Of a stretch of 64,000 nucleotides of DNA, positions 26,727-40,006 are shown piece after piece. The notes beneath the pieces are model-generated. The model was given only the letters and a program-made list of their open reading frames with translations. It searched no databases and was not told where the DNA came from. Made by a program: the position numbers and the translations under genes. How positions within the stretch are numbered: the stretch's first letter is position 1; each line of letters begins with the position of its first letter. This DNA is from Octopus vulgaris (taxonomy: Eukaryota): NCBI GenBank assembly GCA_951406725.2, contig OX597829.1, forward strand, positions 30,504,001-30,568,000, given 5' to 3'.

Positions 26727-29064
26727 ATCATCATCATCATCATCATCGTTTAACGTCCGTTCTTCATGCTAGCATGGGTTGTACGGTTCGACCGGGGATC
26801 TGGGAAGCCAGAAGGCTGCACCAGGCTCCGGTCTTATCTGGCAAAGTTTCTACAGCTGGATGCCCTTCCTAACGCCAACCACTCCGAGAGTGTAGTGGGT
26901 GCTTTTTACGTGCCACCTGCACTGGTGCCAGGCGAGGCTGGCATCGGCCATGGTCGGATTGGTGCATTTTACGTGCCACTGACACGAAAGCCAGTCGAAG
27001 CGGCGCTCGCATCGGCCACGATTCGGATAGTGCTTTTTACGTATCTCCAGTCCAGGGGTCCTGGCATCTGCCGGGTGCCAGTCATAGGATTGGTTCAATT
27101 TCGATTCCGATTTCACTTGCCCCAACAGGTCTTCGCAAGCATAGATGCCTGTCGTCGGATGAGGTTCGATATCAACTTCGCTTGCCTCAACAGGTCTTTG
27201 TGTGTCCAAGGGAGGAAAGGCATGCATAAGTGGGCTGGACTCACTTGTCCTGCCTGGTCTTTTCATGCACAATAAATTTCCAAAGGTCTCGGTCGCTGGT
27301 CATTTCCTCAGTGAGACCTAAAGTTCGAAGGTCGTGCTTCACCACCTCGTCCCAAGTTTTCCTGGGTCTACCTCTTCCACAGGTTCCCTCCACTGCTAGG
27401 GATTGGCACTTTTTCACACACCTATCTTCATCCATTCTCACCACATGACTATACCAGCGCAATCGTCTCTCTTGCACACCACAACTGATGCTCCTTAGGT
27501 CCAACATTTCTCTCAGGGTACTAATGCTCTGTCGAGCATGCACACTGACATTACACATCCATCGGAGCATACTGGCTTCATTTCTCGCGAGCTTACGCAT
27601 GTCCTCAGCAGTCACGGCCCATGTTTCACTGCCATGTAGCATGGCTGTTCGTACACATGCATCATACAGTCTGCCTTTTACTCTGAGCAAGAGGCCTTTA
27701 GTCACCAGCAGAGGTAAGAGCTCCCTAAACTTTGCCCAGGCTATTCTTACTCTAGCCGTTACACTTTCAGCACACCCACCCCCACTACTGACTTGGTCAC
27801 CAAGATAACGGAAGCTATCAACTACTTCTAGCTTTTCCCCCTGGAAAGTGACGGAAGTTGTTTTCTGCAGATTTTCAGAGGTTAATGCTCCCGAGCATCT
27901 GCCACATACAAAAACTATCTTCCCAGTTAGCCTTTCTTTGACATTGCTGCACCTCTTATGTGTCCATAGCTTACACTGGGTACATCTTATAGAGTTTCTA
28001 CCTACACCTTTTCTACAGATCGAGCAGGGCCATCTTCCTGAAGACATTTGTGGATTGTCTACCTTCCTACTTATTACTACTTTGTTTTTGCTAGGTTGAC
28101 TCTAAGGCCCCTCGATTCTAGACCCTCCTTCCACACCTGGAACTTCTCCTCCAGTTCTGATAGTGACTCAGCAATTAGAGCAAGGACGTCAGCATATAGG
28201 AGCTCCCAGGGGCAACCTGTCTTGAATTCCTCCGTAATTGCCTGGAGGACTATGATAAATAGGAGGGGGCTGAGTACTGAACCCTGGTGGACCCCAACCT
28301 CGACTTTGAATTCTTCTGTGTACACGTAGCCAACCCTAACCTTACTTACAGCATCCCTGTACATGGCTTGCACAGCCCTATCCCTAGTTTCCTCATTGAC
28401 CACCAGATAAGGGATCTAGGGACCCTGTCAAAGGCTTTCTCCATGTCAACGAAAGCCAGGTACAGGGGCTTATCTTTGGCTAGGTATTTCTCTTGCAGCT
28501 GTCTCACCAGAAATATGGCATCAGTGGTGCTTTTCCCTGGCATGAAACCAAACTGCATCTCGTCCAAGTTGACTCTCTCCCTAATCAGTTGGGCTATGAC
28601 CCTCTCTGTAACCTTCATTACCTGATCCAACAGCTTGATACCTCTGTAATTATTTGTATCTAGGGCATCTCCTTTACCTTTGTAGCAGTTGACTAGTATG
28701 CTGCTACACCAGTCATTGGGTATTTCTCCTTCGTGTATCACCTGGTTAACTATACAGGTGACTAGGTTATAGCCGACACTGCCAGATATTTTGAGCATCT
28801 CTGCAGTAATTCCTGATGGGCCTGGGGCTTTCCCTGTCTTCATGCTTCTAATTGCTTTAACTATCAAAGAATTATCAACTTGGATGGCTGGACCCTCTGT
28901 TGGGTTGACATTTGGCAGGCTCTCTTTATCCCATTCATTTTCTTTATTTAGCAACCTTTCATTGTGGCATCTCCAAACCTCTCTCTTTGCATCCTCATTT
29001 AGCGCAAGTGAACCATCATCCATGCGGACACATTTCTCTCCTACCACATCACGATTCTCTCTCA
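26727..29064 (-). mobile_element. Young 5'-truncated RTE-clade LINE (RT, PHD finger, C-terminus, ~500 bp 3' UTR, (gat)n tail)
   Basis: ORFs 28346-29065 (KAPGPSG, YKGKGD, NYRGIKLL, QFGF, FVDMEKAFDRVPR), 28077-28403 (GVHQGSVLSP, LLYADV) and 27241-28047 (FRYLG, LHGSETW, GRGRPRKTW); few disruptions. Confidence 0.95.
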
Positions 29065-29236
29065 CACACTATGTATGTGTATAGTATATATATTATCCAA
29101 AGTGTACAGTATTATATATTCATTATGGTTGATCTTACATAACAATCTGATTATGTAACACTGCACTCATCAGAGGTAGCTGTTATGGAATGAAATATAT
29201 GGGTGCATTTTTTCCTGATGTATGGACTCTTGGCTG

Positions 29237-29275
<39 letters not shown>

Positions 29276-30087
29276 GTACACACATACATGCATACAAAAT
29301 ACATAGTGATGTATATATCTTTATTTAATTTAATAACATGCCTATATTCTTTCTCTTATTTGTGAGATTCAAATGTGATTCCTCCAGTTATCTACTAATC
29401 TATCTATGATGCACCTGTATGAATATGATCCTCTCTTCTCTTTTATCTGTGCTACTAGAGTATGAACTTTCAGGATGTCTATCTATCTATGAAGAACTAC
29501 TATGATCTTTTACTTCTTGTTTTAATACTTAATTATATTCATACTCATTTCTGTATAAGGAATTCATAAATTATTTGATGCCAATAACAACTACCTGTTC
29601 ACCTTTTATCTTTCTTTCATTATCTTTACTGATACGGACTCTTGTTTACTTGGATTCCATTTCCCATTATTTAATGTTGGATTTTGGGTATGTGATCTGT
29701 TTGAGCACTAAATATGTCTATTACATATCTTTTGATGTATTCTTACCCATTATATAAATCTATAAATGTGTGCAGAAGTGTGTGTGTGTGTGTATTGTTT
29801 TACACATATCTTTATCGCTGAATGCATTTGTTTATGCGTTGTGTATGTGATTGGAAGAAGACAGTTGTATAAAGAAGTGCCAAGCACTTAAAATGAATGA
29901 TATCTGAAGAAGAAAGAGACTGAAGAAGACTTGGGACAAGGTAGTGATGACTGATTTTAAGAAGTTGCTTCTAATGAAGGAGATGACCATGTTGACTTGC
30001 AATACATGTGCAAGCATGATAAAACATATATTGAAGACAAGGGCATATGTGACGGATGCTGGGATATATTACACATATGATATACAG

Positions 30088-30367
30088 ATGTGAAGGCACA
30101 TGGCTGAGTGGTTAGGGTGTTTCACTCATGATGCAAGATCACAGATTCAATTCTCTGACTACACAGTGCATTGTGTTCTTGAGCAAAACACTTCATTTCA
30201 TGTTCCTCCAGGTGTGGTTGTGTCATAAGAAGTTTGCTTCCCAAACACATGGTTCCAAGTTCAGTCCTACCGTGTGGCGCCTTGGGCAAATGTATTCTAC
30301 TATAGCCCTGGGCTGACCAAAACCTTGTGAATGGATTTGGTAGACAGAAACTGAAAGAAGCCCATCG

Positions 30368-30412
<45 letters not shown>

Positions 30413-30417
30413 GCACA

Positions 30418-30452
<35 letters not shown>

Positions 30453-30481
30453 ATGTGTGTGTGTGTATTTGTATGTGTATG

Positions 30482-30517
<36 letters not shown>

Positions 30518-30915
30518 CATATATGTGTGTCTTTATGTCTGTGTTCATCCCCACCACTACCACTTGACAACTAGTGTTGGTGTATTTACATCCCTGTAAC
30601 TTAGCATTGTGGCAAAAGAGACCAATAGAATAAGTACCAGGCTTATAAAAAGCAAGTACTAGGGTCAATACATACAACTGAAAAACAATTATTCAAAGAG
30701 GTACCCCAGCATGGCCGCAGTCTAATGGCTGTAACAAGTAAAAGAAACAAAATGTCCACTCAGCTGCAAATGGGCAACCCTGCGATAGAATAGCCTTCCA
30801 ATCAGGGAAACATTAGCCAGTGGACTGGCATCATGCAAAAACTATAATGATGCAAAGTGCATTGTGGCCAGTGATGTATAACAACATCTGATAGTCTGGT
30901 TAACCATGTAACTAT
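30088..30915 (+). mobile_element. SINE (CORE-like body) with a nested family-A SINE at ~30208-30750
   Basis: Head tggctgagtggttagggtg, body interrupted by ggtgtggttgtgtcataagaag...aacaagtaaaag, then resumes at gtccactcagctg. Confidence 0.7.
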
Positions 30916-31289
30916 ACATATATGATATAACCCAAGCCTTCAGTAATTTGTATAAGCTAAGTCAATACTTACTGCTCCTACTCAGTGTGCTATACAACCT
31001 ACGAAATGAAAGAAAAATAATGCATCTGTCCATACTCAGTTTCCCTCTGTCCCTGCCTTCTATGTCTCACTACTCCTTCCTTCCTTATTTTTCCATTTCA
31101 TGATGGAGTTACAATGAACCTGTTGGTATCTGACGTTTTCCATCAATACTTTGCAGCATTGCCTGTCATCACTCACTCTCTTGGGTCACTCTTTCACTGA
31201 CATCTATCAGTCTCTTTACACTAACATCTCAGTCCATCAATTATGCATGCTGTCCCCCTATCAGGTAACATTACCACCCGCTTCTATAC

Positions 31290-32430
31290 AGCCAGTTGAA
31301 GAATGTGCACACCCCTTCTCTCAGTCCTAAAATGTGCACACCTTATCCGCCACTCTGATTACGAGTACACCCTATCTTCTAGTCCTGCAATGTTTCTACA
31401 TTGTCTTTCAATCTTGCAATGTGCACACTACTCCTTGTCTTAAAATGTGCACATCCTTTCCCCCAAGCATACAATGTGCACACATCTTTTACCAGTCTTC
31501 CAATGTGCAAACCTTGTCTGCCAGACCAAGAATGTGCACAACCCTTCTCCCAGTTTTAAAATGTGAACACCCTGTCTGCCAGTTCTACAACTGTTTGTCA
31601 GTCCTACAATGTGCAAACTATTTTTGCCAGTTCAAAAATGTGCACACCTCATTTGTCAATTCTCCAATGTGCATAACATGTATGCTAGTACTCTAGTGTA
31701 CACATCATGTCAGCCCATTAACTGATAATTCTGCACATGTCAGTTCAGCACTGGCAATTCCACACATGACAATTTGGCATCAACAATACCATACATGACA
31801 ATTCAGCACAAGGACAATTCAGCATATCATGTTTATATGTATATGAAATTTAATTCCATTTATTTTGTTTTCAAAATTTCAAAATTTTACAACTCTGTGA
31901 AGAAGTAGTAAGGTTTTAGATTGTTAACACTAACAACCATTGAATAACTGGTAGCATTTTCAATTGTTAATGGTCCAAAAGCCTTTTTTCTATCTATACC
32001 ATTATACCATTTCATTACTGTTATTTTGCAAACCTAGGATATTTTTTCCTCTTTAGGATTCTAGTTGGTTACAAACATCTACTAATTTAAAAATAAAAAT
32101 ACGAGCCCTATGGAGTGAATTTTATCAGAGAAAGGGTGTGAGCACATTTTATTAAATGAATTTTGCTATCATTTAGATAGAAAACTTTGAAATAGAAAAG
32201 ATGCTTTGAATTGTCTTTCCACTTAATTGTTGGTGCTGAACTGTCATGTGTGGAATTGTCGGAGTGCCATGTCTGTCACTCCTAGAATATGCACACCCCT
32301 TCACCCAAGCATAAAACATACATGCCCCTTCTAGTTTTAAATTGTGAATATCCTGTCTGCCAGTCCTACAATGTTCATACATTGCCAGTTTTACAATTTC
32401 CCTACACCTTCATCCAACCTTACAATTTGC
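31290..32430 (+). repeat. Degenerate ~30 bp minisatellite (aatgtgcacac...ccagtcc), split by a TIR element
   Basis: Units at 31290-31700 and 32280-32430. Confidence 0.75.
31716..32267. mobile_element. Non-autonomous DNA transposon with subterminal repeats (Mutator-like?)
   Basis: Left repeats caattccacacatgacaatt..gca are inverted relative to right ggtgctgaactgtcatgtgtggaattgtc; imperfect flanking duplication catgtcagcc / catgtctgtc. Confidence 0.55.
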
Positions 32431-34584
32431 AATCCCTGTTCACAACTGTCTTCTGTACCTCCTTTAAGAATTTAACCAACACATACAATCCACAGTTAGT
32501 GGCTTGTGCATGTTGTGGCCCATTGTACTATTTCCACTTCTATGAGTTGGTATTATGTTACCTCTCTTGATATCCACCATAACATTACTTATCATATGTC
32601 AATATATGCCATCACTACGGTAAGGAAGTGAGTGTTTCCTAGTGTAGCTGGCTCACTGATGTACAGCCTGAGTTTTCCTCATGAGAAGGGAATGGTAAAT
32701 TTAGAAAAAAAAAAAAAACGAAAATTGATAAAAAGACAGGAAGAGGAAGGGGAAACAGGAAGGATTGAAGGAGAGGAGAGAAGTGAAAATTGGTTAATCA
32801 GACTACAGACTGAGGCAGGGATGTATTTGAAGACTTATAGCTTAACTTTTATGTATGTGGACATGAAGAGAAGGTCTCTTAGTTTTTGAGAAGTTGAACT
32901 GAAATAAATTTGAATATTATTGAACCTCACTGCGGTTTAAACAAGAATGTAAACATATTCTTTCTATACTTATGTTATTTAATTTCCTTCTTATTTAACA
33001 TGCAGTAAAGTCCTTTTTTTTTTTTGCAAACAAGTGCTACCAGTTGAAAGCGCCACATACTAGATGCTAGAAAGTTTATGGGATCATCAGGAGAGAATGT
33101 GTGCTGTTTTGGGGCCTACCTCTTGACAGTATCATTGCACTCCAGCCCCCCCCCTCACTGAAATGAGGCCCCAGTTGCTAGATTAACTGGTTATCAGATT
33201 TAGCTCAATATTCTTCTAGCCATTGCTCATCGTCTCTTTTAAACCAAATCAGAGTGGCTTGCCATTTTCACTGTAGTTTGGATACTACTCATGGTGGTAT
33301 TTGTTTTATAATGAGTTAGGCCTAACGATAACATTTGCATCAATCTGTGTCCAACGAATCTTCTACATTTGACCTTGATTGGAAAATGCTCTGCTTTCTA
33401 GCCTGTGTCTTCACATTCCTCGAATAGTATCTTAAGATTTCAACCTTGCATAAATTGCACCTGTCACCTCACTTACATTATTTCCTTTTCTATTCTTCAC
33501 TCCTTCAGGTGAAATTTGACAGGTAACGTAGAGTGACTTTTCCGCCTGTAAAATAAATGCGCTCTGAATATCTGGTATTGAATAGTGAGACCATTCTATG
33601 TTCTATGTTTTTTTTTTTAGAGCACCAGCCCCTCAATGTATTTGTTGTTCAGAGAGATTTTGGCAGTGTTTATGTTTGTGTTGGGGGTCATTGTAGACTA
33701 TTTATTGAACACTTTGCCATGATTAAGTATTTGTAGTTCTGTATCATAAAAATCTAGAGCTTACCTTAACAGAGTTCCCATTGAAGATTTTATATTATTT
33801 ATTAGTCATGGGGAAGTCGATATTTAAAAGAGTCAAGCAGTGTCTAGCTATGTATATGGCTACACTCATTAAATGGTAAATTGAACCATATGTATATAAG
33901 TTATTATATTTATTTTTTGGTAAAGCCACACCTCAATGTACTTTTATATTATGGAACTCTCTTACTAAATATCTATCTGGAGATAGATCAAAGATAAACA
34001 TGCTGATGCTACTACAATATACTAAATGATTATGGGTGCACGATCAGACCATAATTTATACTAGTCTCTTTGGGATTCTGGAATAGGCAATATTTACCAA
34101 TATGTAAGCTCATTGTAATAATATCTAGATAGTTTTAGGTTAGAATTTATTGATATTTTAAGATTGAGCATGCAGATATTTTGACTTTTTTTCTTAAGTT
34201 GACTTTGTCATGTCCTTTCTTTTGTCATGTCCTTTCCTGAGCCCATCAACTCTATATAATCCTATATCTATTTCACTTCTAAATGTATACACAATATAAA
34301 GGCTTATAAAATCTGATCTTTGCATGCCATCAAAGCTTCTTAAATATGTTGAAAAGTTCTTTGCTGTGTTGAAGTTAACACAAAAGAACAGCAATTTCCT
34401 GATGTTCATAATTATACAAATGTCATCCAATCAGTCTCTATTATAGTTGTACATGTTTTGCCAACCTCTTGAGCTTGCAGAGATGATTTTAGATATAGCA
34501 ACACTTGCATTTCATTCTTTCAAACTAGATGAACTTCCAACTAAACCAATTAACGGTAGCACTAAAGTATTTTCATTGCATTAA

Positions 34585-36520
34585 ATTTCCATGCAATGTA
34601 CATGATTGAACCAGCACAAACAACGCTGCTGAAGCAGGGTAAGTATGCTGGGTATCTTGGCTCTTTTGAGGACTTTGGTGTTGTTGATGTGGTCAGTCCA
34701 CTTGATATTCAAGATGTGTCTCAAATTATGAAGGTGAAAGATGTTGAGGTGCTGCTCCTGTCTGAAGTAGAGACTCCATGTCTCATTGCTGTAAAGTAGC
34801 ACCCTAAGGACACACATCTTATAGACAGCAATCTTGATGTTTGCAGTCAGTTTTTTGCTTTCTCAGACTCTCTTTGTGAGCCTGGCAAATGTGGAGGATG
34901 TTTAACTGATTTGCCTGTTGATCTCAGGGTCCAGGGGGCGGTCAACAGTGATGGCAGAGCCAAGGTAGGTGAATTCCTGGACTACCTCCAGCTTGTAGTT
35001 GTTGATGGTGATGATGATGGTGGGGAGTGCCTGACACCCTATTATTTGAGTCTTCTTCAGACTGATAGTCAAGCTGAATTCCTGACAGGCCTTTAAAAGT
35101 TTGTCCCCTGTTAATGCTGCGTCATCTGTGAACAGCATTTCTCTGACAAGTACCTGGCGCACCATGGATTTTGATTTCAGCCTGATTTGGAGTAGAGGTA
35201 AACATCATTAGTTTCAGCATGACTGCAAAAAAGATGCCAAACAGGGTGGGGCAAGCACACAGCCCTGTTTCATGCCATTATGCAGATTGAAAGCCTTCAA
35301 AGAAGGGCCATCAAATTGAACAATGCTTTTCATGTCTGCATGAAATGATTGGACAATCCTGAGGAGTCTTAGAGGACAGCCAGTCTTGGCAAGGATTTTG
35401 AACAGGCCATCTCTACTGACTTGGTCAATGAAGGTGATAAAAAGTGGTTGTCTTTGCTCTTGATACTTTTCCTGTAGCTGTCGGAGAGAGATCATGTCAA
35501 TGGTGAAGTATTTTGATCTGAAATCACACTGAGATTCAAGGTATACCCTCTCAGCGATTTTATGTAGCCTGTTTACAGACATGTGGGCAAAGACCTTCCC
35601 AACAATGCTTAACAATGAGATGCCTCAGTAGTTATTGTAGTTGCTTTTGTCCCCCTTGTTCTTATATAGGGTGATAATGCTGCAGTTTCTCATGTTGTGC
35701 TGTACTGATCCCTTCTCCTAATACTGACTTCAACAAGTGGCTAAACAGAACTATTCTTGCACATCTGATGATATCTGGTGGAATGCCATCCAAACTTGGT
35801 GCTTTTCCAGTGGGCAAGTTGGCAGTGTGCGCAGCTTCTCCATGACAGGTAGGTGTTCTACGGTGTCTAGTGCACTGTCCAAGATGTTGTTTTCCTAGGC
35901 GTAAAGTGCAGAATAATATTCCACTGAACTCTCCAGCTGCTCTCTCTTGCCCTTGATAACTTCCACTGTTCTGGACTTGAGTGGAGCTATCTTGCTTTGG
36001 GTTGGACCGATGGCTTTCTTGATACCCTCATATATTCCACAAATATTGCCAGTGTCAAACGACAGTTGGATATCTGCACATAGTTGTAACCAGTAGTCAT
36101 TTGCACACTGTCTCGCTGTCTTCTGCATGTTACTCCTTGCTGATCTCAATGCTTGCAGCATTGCCCTAGTGGGTTGGTGTTTGTGCTTCAGCAGAGGAGC
36201 ACGCATCTCTTCCATGGGGTATTGAGTTCTTTCACACTCACCTCAAATCAATTTTGTGTCATTTTCTTCCTCCCCACCAAAAGCCCTCAGTGTAGTGCCA
36301 TGGATGATGTCCCTGAGAGAGTCCCATCTCTGCTGAACATTACCATCCAGTGGGTCTGAAAGGGGTGGAGGGCGTTTTCCAGAGGAATGTATCTATCTTA
36401 GCTGGCTGCTGGGTTGCAGTAGCATTGATGCCCTGCTTGCCTAGGGGCTTGGCACAATGCATCACTTTTGGTTGGAGTTTGAGATTACAGCAAAACAGGG
36501 AGTGGTCTGTATCACAGTCA
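34585..36520 (-). mobile_element. Decayed RTE (BovB-like) LINE ORF2
   Basis: ORF pieces DCDTDHSL, LSIVGKVFA, GMKQGCVLAP, EMLFTDDAAL, LEVVQEFTYLGS, LLYSNETW. Confidence 0.9.
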
Positions 36521-38249
36521 GTGCTCCATGCTGGCATGGGTTGAACTGTCTGTTGTGGAATGGCTTCTACAGCTGGATGCTCTTCCTAACTCCAACCACT
36601 TAACAGCATGTGCTGGCTGCTTTTTATGTGCCTGAAAGGACAATCCTGTATGTATGGAAGACTGATTTTATTTATATATGTATATGTACACACACACACG
36701 AATATTCAGCGAGAAAGATTTTTATCAAAGGTGAAAAGAAATCACAAACTGTTACCTTTGGCATTCAACTGCTATTTTCTCCACCTAGCTTCATACTTAT
36801 GTGCTTGCATATACAGACTCGTGTGTAGAGTGTGTGCTTGTGGGTATACATATGGGTATATATGTATATGTAGGCATGCATATATATATATATGTGTGTA
36901 TGCATATGCATGTGTGTGTACATATACACACATACATGTATGCACATTCATTCATGCCCATTCACACGTATGTGTGTGTGTGTTTGTGTGGGTGGGTGCG
37001 TGTGTGTGAGTGTGCAGATGTGTATAGATATAAATATATATATACCAGAGTATGAATGACTGAGGTAAGTTTGGCTAACCTTCCTAATACAGTAACCGTA
37101 TACAGTTATATGATTGATAAATTATGTCTCTCCAGAGAAGCTAGTCTTGTAACTAGATATACAAAATTTCTTTTACCCATCTGACCAGACCATACTATAC
37201 AAAAACTTAGACTGTGCTAGCATTTAAACAAGGAAAACAAAACACAAACAAAACAAAGCAAAACAAAAACAATAAAAAGAGTTGTAATTCCTAAGAATTC
37301 AAAGTAAACACTACAGCCACCATTTCAACAACATTTGAATTCTACACATGTGTGTCTATATGTACACACACACACACACACGCACATACATGTATATCAC
37401 TTGATGCTTATATCAACATTACCAAAATAATATCAGAAACAATATACTGGTTAACAAGTGGGAAGTAATGGCTGGTTTTGTTGAGGAAATAAGGAGAAAC
37501 GGATAGATCAATTTCAAAAATATTCACACATACACATATATTTCAGTTTTTTTAAGTATTGTATGGTTACACATATATATATTTTTTTCTTTTGTTTTTT
37601 TGTTTTTTTTGTTTCGTTTTTGTCTACTTATAGAACAGAGTTAAGCACCTGGAAGGGAGAGAAAACAGTGACAGGTTTCGTTGGAGTTACAGACATTTGA
37701 TATTTTACTTTATGTTTCCCCGCCTCCTCCCCCCCTCACCTGCCTCCCCCTCCCCACCACCACCACCACAACGACTACCACCGCCACGCCACCACCCCAG
37801 AGTTGGGTGATATAAGTTAGTTGAGTAGCAAATGCGATGGCATTTGTTTGTGAAGTACAAGAGGAAGGATCTTGCAATGTAGATTCTGTGAAGTGTTTCT
37901 GGTCGGGTTAAAACAACAGCCTGCGAGGATAGAGGTAACAATGTAGAATGGCACGGAGGAGAAGGGGAAGATGTGGAGGAGGAGGAGGAGGCAGAATAGG
38001 ATAGGGTGGAGGAACTGTGCAGATGAGTTGCTAGCTTTGAAGTTCTTGCTTTTTTTTTTTTTTTGCTTGATTTTACAACTAGTACCAGCACAACTGCTGC
38101 CGCCGTCACCGCCGCCACCACCACCACCACCACCACCACTACTGCTGCTGCTGCTATCAATAAGCTCAGCACACCTATATTACCTATATCACCCCATCAC
38201 CAATTCCAGTAGTACTAACTATGATTAGGCTCACCATCATGACCACCAC

Positions 38250-38306
38250 CACCACCACCATCCACTACTACTACTACTACTACTAAAACTACTACTACTG
38301 CTGCTG

Positions 38307-38339
<33 letters not shown>

Positions 38340-38369
38340 AAACTACTACTACTGCTGCTGCTACTGCTG

Positions 38370-38431
<62 letters not shown>

Positions 38432-38450
38432 GCTACTGCTGCTGCTGCTA
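38250..38450. repeat. (CTA)n/(CTG)n trinucleotide array
   Basis: Direct reading; source of the poly-Ser ORF. Confidence 0.95.
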
Positions 38451-38699
38451 CAAGTATTCAGGAACAAGTGTGTTCTTATATGACAAGATGTGAGGAATAT
38501 ATTTGACAATTGGCTTTCAAGAATTTCGTGCTCTGGCGTTACGGATTGAGTGGCAATTAAGAAACAAGATCCCTCATATCAGAAGGATGTACTTCCATGC
38601 AGCTGTTTACCATTTAATTTGCAGCTGCAAATTAGGGCATAATCTATGTTGTAGAAATATATATTAGGCAAACTAGATTAACAGCTTAAGGGGCGAGCG

Positions 38700-38949
38700 T
38701 GTGTGCGTGTGTACGCATGTGTGTGCATGATAGCTTTATGTATACAATGCATAAATGTGAGCATGTTTGTGCATGCAAATGTGTGTATGGTCATATGTGT
38801 ATGCATGTGCATGAATGCATATATGCATGCATATTACCTGAGCATGTATATGCAAGCATGCATGTGTATGTGAGTGTATATATATATATATATATATATA
38901 TTTATGTGCATGTATGTGTATATATATATATATGCATGTATGTATATAT

Positions 38950-38996
<47 letters not shown>

Positions 38997-39134
38997 TGTA
39001 TGTATATATACATATATACACACACACACATATATATATATGCATGTATGTATATATATATATGTATATGCATGTATGTATACATGTGTGCATATGTATA
39101 TGTATTTATATGTTCATATGAAATTTTGCATGCA

Positions 39135-39167
<33 letters not shown>
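38700..39167. repeat. (TG)/(TA)/(TGCA) compound microsatellite
   Basis: Direct reading. Confidence 0.9.
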
Positions 39168-39544
39168 AATATTGAATATTCATGCTTCTACTTTTGTTTA
39201 AATTATAAATAAATTTTAAATAAAAGGGCAACAAAAGCATGATTTGAAAAAATGATAATTAACAATTGGACATAGGGCAATTGTCAAAGAACGTTGATTT
39301 TCATTCAAGTTCTTTTAAGTTCAATAATCATAGATGTATTCAAGTTAGCTTGTTGGGTATAACAAAGAAATCTCAGACTAAGTCTGTTTAGAAGCTTTCT
39401 CGGTGGAACCAATGTCTCAGTATTCTCAACACAGAGTTTTATTCTTGTGATGAAGCATCAAATATTTTGAGTGCATGCTAAATAGGTCTGCTGCCAAGGA
39501 ACACCTTCTAGGAAGCTATGTAGTTTCATTTTGTCTGCAAATAT

Positions 39545-40000
39545 CACCATGGCTCCAGGTTCAGTCCCACTGCTTGGAAACTTGGGTAAGCATCTTCTAC
39601 TATAGCAGCAGGACAACCAAAACCTTGTGAGTGGATTTGATAGATGGAAACTGAAAGAAGCCCATTGTATCATCATTACTAACATCATTTAACGTCTGTT
39701 GTCTGTGCTGGCATGAGTTGGACAGTTTGACAGGAGCTGACCAGCTGAAGAGCTGTTCAGGCTCCATGTCTGTTTGTGAGCGTTTATTGAGTGAAAACAC
39801 CTAAAGCTCCACGAGACTCAGGCAGGGGATGGTGGCGATCCCTGCTGTACTCTTTCACCATAACTTTCTCTCACTCTTTCCTCTGTTGGCCTGCTCACTT
39901 AGCCAGTGGGGTGGCATCATTTGAAGGCTAAAACAATGTGAAGCACATTGTGACCAGCGATGTGTAGCAACATATGATAGCCTGGTCGGTCACGGTGATA
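39545..40000 (+). mobile_element. Cluster: SINE A fragment, RTE tail fragment and 5'-truncated SINE B
   Basis: Segments match 59970-60095, 26740-26830 and 57808-58035 respectively. Confidence 0.7.
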
Positions 40001-40006
40001 TATATG

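Noticed and set aside
37049-37070. Perfect donor GAG|GTAAGT
   Set aside because: No pyrimidine-tract acceptor upstream, only a microsatellite; cannot define an exon.
37705-38509. Poly-Ser/Val/Pro ORFs resembling low-complexity proteins
   Set aside because: Derived from trinucleotide repeats; no domain or supporting splice structure.
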